Origin: an uncultured Rhodospirillaceae bacterium
GTDB taxonomy: Bacteria; Pseudomonadota; Alphaproteobacteria; UBA7985; JAUIBT01
DNA: 33,050 bases
Direction: 5' to 3'
Assembly (NCBI GenBank): GCA_964536635.1
Contig: CAZHYF010000003.1
Location: forward strand, 1 to 33,050
Positions 9,751-17,730 of the stretch are shown one piece after another. The notes under the pieces were generated by a model, which saw only the letters and a program-made list of their open reading frames with translations, did no database searches and was not told the origin of the DNA. Numbering within the stretch: the stretch's first letter is position 1; every line of letters starts with the position of its first letter. Position numbers and translations under genes: made by a program.

Positions 9751-9779
9751 TATCTAGCCAAGCTGAGACGGCTTGTAAA
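9751..9779 (-). promoter_or_regulatory. Candidate rpsD promoter
   Basis: On the minus strand: TTTACA (9779..9774), a 17-nt spacer, then TAGATA (9756..9751). It would give a ~90-nt leader containing an AAGCGC-N17-GCGCUU hairpin. Confidence 0.3.
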
Positions 9780-9819
9780 GCCCTTTGCGTCTGGCGACCT
9801 GCGGCAGATGCACAAAATC

Positions 9820-10602
9820 CTAGGGCCTGCGCCCGGACTCGTGCAAGGCCTTAAAGAGGCCGTGTAACATGCCAACCTCGCCAGGGCTGAGCTGGGCTTT
9901 GCCAAACAGCGCATAGAGGTTGGCTTCCACGGTCGCTCGCTTGTCCTCAACGCCAAAGAAACGCGAGTCTTCCAGCATAGCGACCAACCGCTTCATGAGA
10001 TTGTCAACCGCCTGGCGATCGGCGGGGCCTTGAGGGCTGCTGGGCAGCGCTGGCGTATCGGAGCGCGCCTGGAACCACTCGTAGGCCAGCAAGAGCACCG
10101 CCTGCGCCAAATTCAGCGAGCTGAATTCGGGATTGAGCGGCACGCGGATCAGGGCATTGGCAACCGCCAAATCCTCGTTGCTAAGGCCCGAGGCTTCAGG
10201 CCCAAACAAGACCGCCGTCTTGGCAGAGCCCCGTTCTTGCGCCATGACCGGCAACTGAGCTGGCGTGGCAAAAGGCAGGCTCAGGCCGCGATCACGCGCG
10301 GTGGTGGCCGCAACAAGCTGGCAGTCGGCCACCGCGTCTTCCAAGCTATCAAAGACCTGCGCTTGCTCCAAGATCCAGGTCGCGCCCGAGGCCGGAGCCT
10401 CAGCAGCGGCGTTCGGCCAGCCGTCGCGCGGCGCCACCAAGCGCAGCTCATGCAGGGCAAAGTTGCCCATGGCCCGCGCGCAAAAGCCGATGTTCTGCGC
10501 CAACTGCGGGCGCACCAACACCACGACCAAATCGCTGGGGCGCCGGAGTTGTTCAGGCAAGGGCGCGCGCGCCTTCTTGCAGCAGCTTCCAGGTAATGGC
10601 AT
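9820..10602 (-). CDS. SpoU/TrmH-family RNA 2'-O-methyltransferase (TrmJ-like, group 1)
   Basis: Motifs include VVVLVRPQLAQNIGFCARAMGNF, LFGPEASGLSNEDL and IRVPLNPEFSSLNLAQAV. The start is ambiguous: TTG 10650, ATG 10602 or TTG 10560. All three lie inside or overlap the 3' end of cimA (stop at 10553). Confidence 0.85.
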   Translation of the reverse strand: MPLPGSCCKKARAPLPEQLRRPSDLVVVLVRPQLAQNIGFCARAMGNFALHELRLVAPRDGWPNAAAEAPASGATWILEQAQVFDSLEDAVADCQLVAATTARDRGLSLPFATPAQLPVMAQERGSAKTAVLFGPEASGLSNEDLAVANALIRVPLNPEFSSLNLAQAVLLLAYEWFQARSDTPALPSSPQGPADRQAVDNLMKRLVAMLEDSRFFGVEDKRATVEANLYALFGKAQLSPGEVGMLHGLFKALHESGRRP

Positions 10603-12163
10603 CGTGCAGCGCCATATATGAGGCGTCAATAATGTTGGCCGAAATGCCAACGGTGTGCCAGGTACGGCCCTTGCTATCGTGGCTCTCGATCATGACGCGG
10701 GTCACGGCTTGGGTGCCCGATTTGGAATCCAAGATCCGCACCTTGTAGTCCGACAGCGTCATATCTTTCAGGCAAGGGTAGTGATCCAGCAAAGCCTTGC
10801 GCATGGCGCGGTCCAAAGCATTGACCGGGCCATTGCCAGACTCGGCTTCCATGTGTGAGCTGGAGCCCACCCAGAGGGTGACCAAAGCCACCGCCTCAAC
10901 CACTACCTCACCGCGCGCATTGTGGCGGCGTTCGTCGATAACGCGAAAGCGGTCCAGGTCATAAAAGGCCTTGAAGGGCATAGCGACTTGGCGTGCCAGC
11001 AGCTCAAACGAGGCCTCCGCTCCGTCGAAGGTCAGCCCCTGGGCTTCCTTTTCCTTGACGCGCTCCAGCAGTCGCCCGACCTGGTCGTTGCTCAGCTCCA
11101 TGCCCAGCTTGGTTTTGGCCAGCATCATCTTGATGTTCGCCCGGCCCGACTGATCGGACACCACCACTTGGCGATCATTGCCGACCGTCTGTGGGTCGAT
11201 ATGCTCGTAACTGGCTGGATTGCGCGCAATGCCCGAGACGTGCAGCCCCGCCTTGTGGGCAAAGGCGCTGGCACCGACATAAGGCGCATTAGCGCGCGGC
11301 GAGCGACCAACGATCTCGTCCAACAGCCGCGAGGTTAGGGTCAGCCCCTGCATGGCTTCATCGCTGACCCCGATTTCAAAATTTGTCTTCAGCTTCAGCG
11401 TCGGAATGAGCGAGACCAAATCGGCGTTGCCACAACGCTCGCCAATGCCGTTCAAGGTGCCCTGGATCTGGCGCGCACCGGCCTCGACCGCCGCCAACGA
11501 GTTGGCCACCGCGTTGCCGGTGTCGTCGTGGCAGTGGATGCCCAATTGATTGCCGGGGATGATCTGCTCGACTTCGCGCACGATGTCGTAAACTTCGCTT
11601 GGTAAGGTGCCGCCGTTGGTGTCGCACAGGACGATCCAACGCGCGCCAGCTTTGCGCGCAGCTTCCAAGCAAGCCAAGGCGTAGTCTTTGTTGTTCTTGA
11701 AGCCGTCGAAAAAATGCTCGGCGTCGTAGAGAACCTCACCCGCATGGTTGCCCAGGTGGCGCAGGCTGTCTTCGATCATCGCAAGGTTTTCGTCCAGCGT
11801 CGTGCCCAAGGCTTCGGTGACGTGGAAATCCCAGGACTTGCCAACCACGCAATAAGCGTCACAGCGCGCATCGCGCAGGCCCGCCAAAACCGGGTCATTG
11901 TCGGCGCTGTAACCCGCCCGGCGGGTCATACCAAAGGCAACGAACTTGGCCTTGGTCAGGCTTGGCGGCTCGTTGAAGAACTCTTCATCGGTGGCATTGG
12001 CACCTGGCCAACCGCCCTCGATGTAGTCCAGTCCCAAACTGTCGAGCGCATCGGCAATGCTGCGTTTGTCGTTGACCGTAAAATCAATGCCGCGGGTCTG
12101 CTGTCCGTCGCGCAAGGTGGTGTCGAAAAGATGGATGTAGCCGGAAGACATGTGGGAAGCCAT
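10553..12163 (-). CDS. cimA: Citramalate synthase (LeuA/CimA family with C-terminal LeuA-dimer regulatory domain)
   Basis: IHLFDTTLRDGQQTRGIDFTVNDKRSIADALDSLGLDYIEGGWPGANATDEEFF is CimA-like. The ORF track starts at 12232. I prefer ATG 12163 (536 aa), which matches the family length and N-terminus. Confidence 0.88.
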   Translation of the reverse strand: MASHMSSGYIHLFDTTLRDGQQTRGIDFTVNDKRSIADALDSLGLDYIEGGWPGANATDEEFFNEPPSLTKAKFVAFGMTRRAGYSADNDPVLAGLRDARCDAYCVVGKSWDFHVTEALGTTLDENLAMIEDSLRHLGNHAGEVLYDAEHFFDGFKNNKDYALACLEAARKAGARWIVLCDTNGGTLPSEVYDIVREVEQIIPGNQLGIHCHDDTGNAVANSLAAVEAGARQIQGTLNGIGERCGNADLVSLIPTLKLKTNFEIGVSDEAMQGLTLTSRLLDEIVGRSPRANAPYVGASAFAHKAGLHVSGIARNPASYEHIDPQTVGNDRQVVVSDQSGRANIKMMLAKTKLGMELSNDQVGRLLERVKEKEAQGLTFDGAEASFELLARQVAMPFKAFYDLDRFRVIDERRHNARGEVVVEAVALVTLWVGSSSHMEAESGNGPVNALDRAMRKALLDHYPCLKDMTLSDYKVRILDSKSGTQAVTRVMIESHDSKGRTWHTVGISANIIDASYMALHDAITWKLLQEGARALA

Positions 12164-12243
12164 GGGGCCTTTGCGTCTGCTTGGAAGTGTGAGTGAGCCA
12201 AAATCGCTCACCAGGCGCAACGCGCTTGCCAAGCAAGGGCCTC

Positions 12244-12696
12244 TTATAGAGGAGACAGCTCTTTTATCAAATGCTGCAAGGCCGCGCGGGCGGTCTTGAG
12301 TCGAAATTGCGCAGCTTTGGTGGCACTGAGCCCCTTTTCCGGCGCGCTAAGCGCCAAAGTCGGCAGCGCAAGCTGGCCATGGACCGGCGTCGCCTCACTC
12401 TCGCCGCCACTCGCGGTCAGTCGCGCCCTTAGCGCCTCAGGGCTGTCCACGCCTTGCTCCAACAGCTTTTGTACGCCGCGGATCGTATAGCCCTCCACAT
12501 AGAGCAGATCGCGGATTCCAACCAGCAGCGCCTTGTCTTCTGGGCGATAATAGCGGCGACGGCCGTTGCGTTTGAGCGGTTGCAGTTGCGGGAATTTGCT
12601 CTCCCAAAAGCGAAGGACGTGCTGAGGCACGTCCAATTCCTCAGAGATTTCTGAGATGGTACGATAGGCTTGGGGATCTTTGCTGCGTCGAACCAC
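12244..12696 (-). CDS. MerR-family transcriptional regulator (the ihfA-linked MerR common in alphaproteobacteria)
   Basis: [28 protein letters not shown]...[11 protein letters not shown] 12696 is preceded by AGGAG with a 7-nt spacer. The ORF-track start is TTG 12714. Confidence 0.88.
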   Translation of the reverse strand: MVRRSKDPQAYRTISEISEELDVPQHVLRFWESKFPQLQPLKRNGRRRYYRPEDKALLVGIRDLLYVEGYTIRGVQKLLEQGVDSPEALRARLTASGGESEATPVHGQLALPTLALSAPEKGLSATKAAQFRLKTARAALQHLIKELSPL

Positions 12697-12751
12697 GCCA
12701 AGGCTCCTGTTCAACGGTTACGGCCATGCAGTCGCCAGCGCGCCTTTACGG

Positions 12752-13048
12752 CTAGCTGTTTCCGTTGATGCGATCTTTCAACAATTGGCTCGCTTTGAAG
12801 CTCAGCACGCGGCGCGGCGAAATCGCGGCCTCTACGCCCGTTTTGGGGTTGCGACCAACCCGCTCGGCCTTGGCGCGCACGTTTAAGCTGCCGAAGGATG
12901 AGATCTTGACGCTCTCTTCTTCGATCAAGGCTTGGCAGATTTCTTCCAAAACCTGCTCAATGAGGTCGGCTGACTCTTGCCGCGACAAGCCTATTTTATT
13001 GCAAACCGCCTCTGCGAGATCAGCGCGCGTCAGCGTCTGTTCCGTCAT
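12752..13048 (-). CDS. ihfA: Integration host factor subunit alpha
   Basis: 98 aa, [10 protein letters not shown]...[23 protein letters not shown]. Strong GGAGG/GGGAG RBS. The start codon lies 29 nt inside the plsX 3' end. Confidence 0.96.
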   Translation of the reverse strand: MTEQTLTRADLAEAVCNKIGLSRQESADLIEQVLEEICQALIEEESVKISSFGSLNVRAKAERVGRNPKTGVEAAISPRRVLSFKASQLLKDRINGNS

Positions 13049-14123
13049 CTCCCATCCCCTCCAAGACCTCTGAGGCTTGCTCTTGGGTCTTTATGATTTG
13101 AGCATTTGCTACCTCTAGTCTCTGGCTTATCGTATCAAGGAAGTGATGTCGATACAAATTCGCTGCGACGCCAATCGCGTTGGCGAAGCCCAAAGCGTCG
13201 GTTCCGCCATGACTTTTTACAGAAATAGCGTTCAGTCCCACCAGGACCGCGCCGTTGTAGCGACGCGGATCAAGCTGAGCGCGCAGCATGCGCAAGCGGT
13301 TGAAGCCGATGGCATAGGCTAGCATGCCGAAGATGGAGCCGCGAAACGCACGACGGATGTATTCCTGGATCAGGCGCGCCAGGCCTTCGGTGGTTTTCAG
13401 CGCAACGTTGCCGGTGAAGCCATCGGTCACAATGACATCGCAAGCCCCCTTTTGAATGTCGTCGCCTTCCACGAAGCCGATGTACTCGCCGCTGCCCAAC
13501 GGCAAATCCTTCATCAAGCGGTGCGCCTCTTGCACCACGTCGTTGCCCTTCAGATCTTCCGATCCAACATTGAGCAAACCAACACTGGGGGACTCAATAT
13601 CGAGGGCTGTCGAAGCGTAGGCGGCGCCCATCACCGCAAACTGACTGAGGTTCTCTGCCGTACAGGTCACGTTGGCGCCCAGGTCCAACAGCACCGAACT
13701 GCCACGGTTCAAGGTCGGCAAGGCCGAGACAATCGCGGGACGGTCGATGCCCGGCACCATGCCCAGCACATGTTTGGACAGCCCCATCAGTGCGCCGGTA
13801 TTGCCCGCTGAGACGCTGGCTTGCGCCCGGCCATCGGCCACAGCTTCAAGCGCCAAACGCATCGATGAACGGCGATTGCGCACCCGAAAGGCATCGCGTG
13901 CGCGCGCGCCTGAATCGATCTTGACCTCGGTGTGCTCCAACTGCCAGCGGTCCGCAAGCCCTGGAAAGCGATCCATCAGCGGGCGCACCACTTCCTCGTC
14001 GCCAAAGATCAAAAATTGAACGTGGCGGTCTTTGCGCGCAAAGCGAGCGGCACCCTCAATCACCAAGTCAGGGGCCTTGTCGCCCCCCATGGCGTCCAGA
14101 GCAATCGTCAGGCTTTGGGTCAT
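13020..14123 (-). CDS. plsX: Phosphate acyltransferase PlsX
   Basis: [25 protein letters not shown] and HGG motifs. 367 aa with an acidic C-terminal tail that overlaps ihfA. Confidence 0.95.
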   Translation of the reverse strand: MTQSLTIALDAMGGDKAPDLVIEGAARFARKDRHVQFLIFGDEEVVRPLMDRFPGLADRWQLEHTEVKIDSGARARDAFRVRNRRSSMRLALEAVADGRAQASVSAGNTGALMGLSKHVLGMVPGIDRPAIVSALPTLNRGSSVLLDLGANVTCTAENLSQFAVMGAAYASTALDIESPSVGLLNVGSEDLKGNDVVQEAHRLMKDLPLGSGEYIGFVEGDDIQKGACDVIVTDGFTGNVALKTTEGLARLIQEYIRRAFRGSIFGMLAYAIGFNRLRMLRAQLDPRRYNGAVLVGLNAISVKSHGGTDALGFANAIGVAANLYRHHFLDTISQRLEVANAQIIKTQEQASEVLEGMGDDGTDADAR

Positions 14124-14380
14124 ATATCCTAGTCTCGGAAGTTGGTTCAGGGTTAGAGGTTATCGTTTGTCGGCTGATTGTCTCATCAACCGTTTACCGG
14201 CTACAAAAGCAGACGCCAGACGGCAAGACGAAACCCTGACCTTCACCGAGGCCAGGCACCTTCAACCGCCACACTATGCATGCGCGCCCGCTCCAGGCAA
14301 GGCGATTAAACTCTAGGAGGCAAACAATCGCGCCCTGCGGAATGGCGCATCTGCGGCTTTCACCAACATGTGTTGGCGCG

Positions 14381-14917
14381 CTAGTCCTTGCTTTGCTTAG
14401 CGCCAAGCTTGAAATCGGCTAGAGCCGCAAAGGGTCGCGGCTTCTCCTCGAGCTCCCACTGCGGCCCGAAGCTCTGATCCAAGGGGGCCAGCCCCGGCTT
14501 GCGCGGAATATCTGGCAGCGCCAGGCTGAAGGACTGCAACAAGAATTCACCAACATCCGCCAAGCCGTCGGCGGTCAAAGGCTCATTCATGCTTTCGTCG
14601 TCCTGCAACTGAGGCAGCTCTCCTTCGGGCACGAAGTAGGTCTCAAGGTCCAAGGTCAAGCTGTCGTCGAACGGCTCCAGAGTGACTGCACAGATTTGCG
14701 CCATGGATGCGCTAAGCCGAGCTTTCACATGGGTCAGCCCGTGGCGCAAACCGATGCTCCCTTGCGACTCAAACCGTGTCAGGGCTTCCAGACCAAAGCG
14801 CGCGGCCAGGTCTGCCAGCAAGGCAGCTGAGGTAAGGTCTAGGCGAAATTCCAGCGGCTCGTCTAGGCTGCTGGGATCGATCACCAGCTCGGCAGGGTCG
14901 TGAAATGTCTTGCTCAT
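14381..14917 (-). CDS. yceD: YceD family protein (DUF177)
   Basis: 178 aa, acidic, in the conserved position upstream of plsX. Its ATG overlaps the stop of the upstream gene (ATGA). Confidence 0.85.
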   Translation of the reverse strand: MSKTFHDPAELVIDPSSLDEPLEFRLDLTSAALLADLAARFGLEALTRFESQGSIGLRHGLTHVKARLSASMAQICAVTLEPFDDSLTLDLETYFVPEGELPQLQDDESMNEPLTADGLADVGEFLLQSFSLALPDIPRKPGLAPLDQSFGPQWELEEKPRPFAALADFKLGAKQSKD

Positions 14918-15504
14918 GGCTCCCCCAAAATCTTGGCGCCAATCTGCGCAATCTCATCTGGTTTGCCAAGCGTGATCTGGCCAGCGCGCAGCTCAGCGCT
15001 GCTGCAAGCAGCAAAAATGTGCTGCAAACCTACAACGTAAGATATGAGCTGCCCCATTTGCAGGTCTTGCAAATGGCCAAGATTGAGGTTGCGGGTCAGG
15101 GCCTCGGCCAGCGCTTGGCGCCGCGCCTCGGTCTGTTGGTGTGCCAAAGCATCGGCATAGGCTTGTGCGCGACCGAAGAAGCCTTGGGTGACCCGTTTGA
15201 TGTGCTTGGACATGGACATGTCACCCACCCCGCTCTCGCGCAGAGCAAAGTCCCAATTGCCCATGAAGCAGTCGAACAACCTTTGCGAGAATCTCTTGGG
15301 GATGCTTGCATCAGATTGCAACCGCTCGAACACAAAATGGGCGTGTAAAACAGCGACATCAAAGCGGCCCGTAAAGCTGCAATCAACACCAATTTCGTCA
15401 TAAAACCAGGGACTTAGTGCCTGAACGGTTAAGATTTCATACACAGCCTCGACCGCTTTGCGATCACGCTGCCCTTGTGTCCAAGTCCTTGCAATGCCAA
15501 ACAT
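14914..15504 (-). CDS. Ubiquinol-cytochrome c chaperone (Cbp3-like) family protein
   Basis: Family-typical sequence (FDVAVLHAHFVFERL...) and the conserved alphaproteobacterial position between bamE and yceD. ATG 15504 is preceded by GAGGGG; the ORF-track start is GTG 15513. Confidence 0.8.
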   Translation of the reverse strand: MFGIARTWTQGQRDRKAVEAVYEILTVQALSPWFYDEIGVDCSFTGRFDVAVLHAHFVFERLQSDASIPKRFSQRLFDCFMGNWDFALRESGVGDMSMSKHIKRVTQGFFGRAQAYADALAHQQTEARRQALAEALTRNLNLGHLQDLQMGQLISYVVGLQHIFAACSSAELRAGQITLGKPDEIAQIGAKILGEP

Positions 15505-15556
15505 GCCCTGCACCCCTCAATCCGTGTTGTCCTCGATCTAAGTAAACCCGGTCCTC

Positions 15557-16045
15557 ATGTCATCTCTTTTGCCAGTTCTGCGCCAACTTGCCGTGGTTAT
15601 CCTCGTGCTGCTGCCGCTGTCCGCCTGCCAAAAAACGATGGCAGTCTACGGTCAATTCCCGACCCCAGAGGAGGTGGCGCAGCTCGAACCGCAGGTCCAT
15701 AATCGCGGTGACGTCGTTCGCATTTTGGGAACGCCATCGCACCTGGGCAACTTTAGCGATAGCCGATGGTACTACGTCAGCCAAACTCGCGACGAAACTA
15801 TCAAATTTCGATCAAAAAAGTCACAACAAGTGGTTCTAGAGCTGGACTTCGACGATCAAGGCATCTTGCAAGCCATGCAAGCCTACACATTGGTCGATGG
15901 GGTTCGCGTTGTTCCCTCTGGTGACAGAACTGTCACCTTTGGACGCAATGCGACCTTGTTGGAAGAAGTGTTGGGTTCGATTGGCCGCTTTGGCAGCAAG
16001 AAGGGCACCCCGGGCAGTATTCCGGGTAAACCTGGCGGACGCTAA
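15557..16045 (+). CDS. bamE: Outer membrane protein assembly factor BamE (SmpA/OmlA lipoprotein)
   Basis: Lipobox LLPLSAC and the SmpA/OmlA core GDVVRILGTPSH...RWYYV. Confidence 0.88.
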   Translation: MSSLLPVLRQLAVVILVLLPLSACQKTMAVYGQFPTPEEVAQLEPQVHNRGDVVRILGTPSHLGNFSDSRWYYVSQTRDETIKFRSKKSQQVVLELDFDDQGILQAMQAYTLVDGVRVVPSGDRTVTFGRNATLLEEVLGSIGRFGSKKGTPGSIPGKPGGR

Positions 16046-16179
16046 CCAGCGTCTACCGCGTCTCGGGGAAATTTTCCGCCCCGTGCAAGGCGCTTGGACC
16101 GTCACCTGTATTTTGACGATTTTGATAGAACAAGGCGACGCAGCAAAAGAGCGCCGATACCAATTTTTTAGGTATTTTC

Positions 16180-17031
16180 ATGACCAGCCGATTTGTGCGC
16201 AGAATTTTCGCTGCGCTGATCATCGTTTCCGCTTGCGCATTTCCAAGCTATGCGATCGACGCCCAAATCCTGATCGCCTCTTATCAAGCGGGGCCGTCGG
16301 GCCTGTGGCTCGCCTCGCGCGGTTCGGCCGCCTCTGCCGCCCCCGCCTTCAGCACCAATGGCCAGATCCACGCCTACGTCTGGCAACGCTTCAACCAGCT
16401 TTTCCCCGCCTCCTACAGCGCTCTGGTCAAAGAGTTTGAGGTTGCCTCTGACGGCAAAGGAAATATCACGGCTTATTCGGGCCTGTCCGACCGCCAGTTT
16501 GGAGCCTGGGTACTGGGCATTGATCCGGCCGATGTCTTCCCTGGCGGCCAGCTCGACAAAGCAGAGCTTGACGCCTCGCTGATCCACGAGTTCGGGCACA
16601 TCTTGTTCCAACGTATGGGCCAGATGCAGCATTCGCGCCGCGCCTTCGCAGCCCTCAAAACCCCGGGCTACCAGCGCGAGGTTCAGGCCGCCCGGGCGGA
16701 CTGCCAAACCTTCTTCACCTTTGATGCCTGCGCCGAGCCGACCTCCTACCTCTACCACTACATGTACGCCTTTTGGCAGCCCATGTTGACGGCTTGGGTG
16801 CAGTCCAGCCAGACCCAGATGGCGCGCCGCAGCTTCCTAGAGACGCACCGCCAGGGCTTCGTATCCAGCTATGCCTCGACCCATCCTGTTGAGGACATGG
16901 TCGAGACCTTTACCGCTTTCATTCTGCGCCCGACGCCACAGGACAACAGCCTGTCAGCGCAGAAGATCCAGTTCTTCTATCAGTATCCCGAGATGGTCCA
17001 GTTGCGAGCGCACATTCGCGCTAACCTTTGA
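16180..17031 (+). CDS. Secreted/lipoprotein-like hypothetical protein with HExxH zinc-metallopeptidase motif
   Basis: 283 aa. The signal peptide has a possible lipobox (ALIIVSAC). HEFGH sits at about aa 135-139, with a downstream acidic helix HPVEDMVETFTAF as a candidate third-ligand region. I cannot name a family. Confidence 0.7.
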   Translation: MTSRFVRRIFAALIIVSACAFPSYAIDAQILIASYQAGPSGLWLASRGSAASAAPAFSTNGQIHAYVWQRFNQLFPASYSALVKEFEVASDGKGNITAYSGLSDRQFGAWVLGIDPADVFPGGQLDKAELDASLIHEFGHILFQRMGQMQHSRRAFAALKTPGYQREVQAARADCQTFFTFDACAEPTSYLYHYMYAFWQPMLTAWVQSSQTQMARRSFLETHRQGFVSSYASTHPVEDMVETFTAFILRPTPQDNSLSAQKIQFFYQYPEMVQLRAHIRANL

Positions 17032-17064
17032 GACCTAAGAGATATTGAATGAGGGTGTCCGACT

Positions 17065-17096
17065 GGGGAGGCAAACTTTGCCTCCCCTCTTTTTTT
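17065..17096 (+). terminator. Rho-independent terminator of the HExxH gene
   Basis: GGGGAGGCAA-ACU-UUGCCUCCCC (10-bp perfect stem) followed by UCUUUUUUU, 34 nt after the stop codon. Confidence 0.88.
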
Positions 17097-17143
17097 GCGG
17101 ACAGATCAGCCCCAGCAGCTTTGCTGTCAGGGCTGCTTGCGTT

Positions 17144-17671
17144 TCACTTGGCCGCGCGCTCGATAGCTTCCTGGATCAGGCGCTCTGCGTCTTCGCGACC
17201 CTTCCAGCCTTCCACACGCACCCACTTGCCGGGCTCCAAATCTTTGTAGTGCTCGAAGAAGTGCTTGATCTGAGCGATCAGGTTTTCGGGCAACTGCTCA
17301 TAGGAATCGATGCCCTTGTAGAAAGGGTCAATTTTGCTGTGCGGCACTGCCAGGATCTTTTCGTCCTTGCCGCCGTCGTCTTCCATAACCAGCACGCCAA
17401 CGGGAACCGAACGAATAACCGAGCCCGGCACCAATTGGTGACGTCCGACGACCAGCACATCCACCGGGTCACCGTCTTCTGACAGAGTGTGGGGCATGAA
17501 GCCATAGTTGCAGGGATAGAACATGGGCGTGTGGATGATGCGATCCACGACGATCGCGCCAGCATCCTTGTCAAATTCGTATTTGACGGGATCGGCGTTG
17601 GCCGGAACTTCGATAATCACGTTGATGTCGCGCGGGGGCTCTTTGCCCATGGAGATTTTAGAAATGTCCAC
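17144..17671 (-). CDS. ppa: Inorganic pyrophosphatase
   Basis: IIEVPANADPVKYEFDKDAGAIVVDR...YPCNYGFMPHTLSEDGDPVDVLVV. GTG start with an AAAGGA RBS. Confidence 0.96.
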   Translation of the reverse strand: MDISKISMGKEPPRDINVIIEVPANADPVKYEFDKDAGAIVVDRIIHTPMFYPCNYGFMPHTLSEDGDPVDVLVVGRHQLVPGSVIRSVPVGVLVMEDDGGKDEKILAVPHSKIDPFYKGIDSYEQLPENLIAQIKHFFEHYKDLEPGKWVRVEGWKGREDAERLIQEAIERAAK

Positions 17672-17730
17672 GCCAGGATCCTTTCAGGTTCGGTGAAGTC
17701 GCCGCCTTATGGCAAAGCTGAGGCCCAGGC

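Noticed and set aside
14124-14406. Possible hidden rpmF or small protein gene (70-aa ORF 14194..14406)
   Set aside because: No L32-like sequence appears in any frame. The 70-aa ORF overlaps the yceD 3' end, has no RBS, and has a non-protein-like Cys/Arg/Gly-rich composition.
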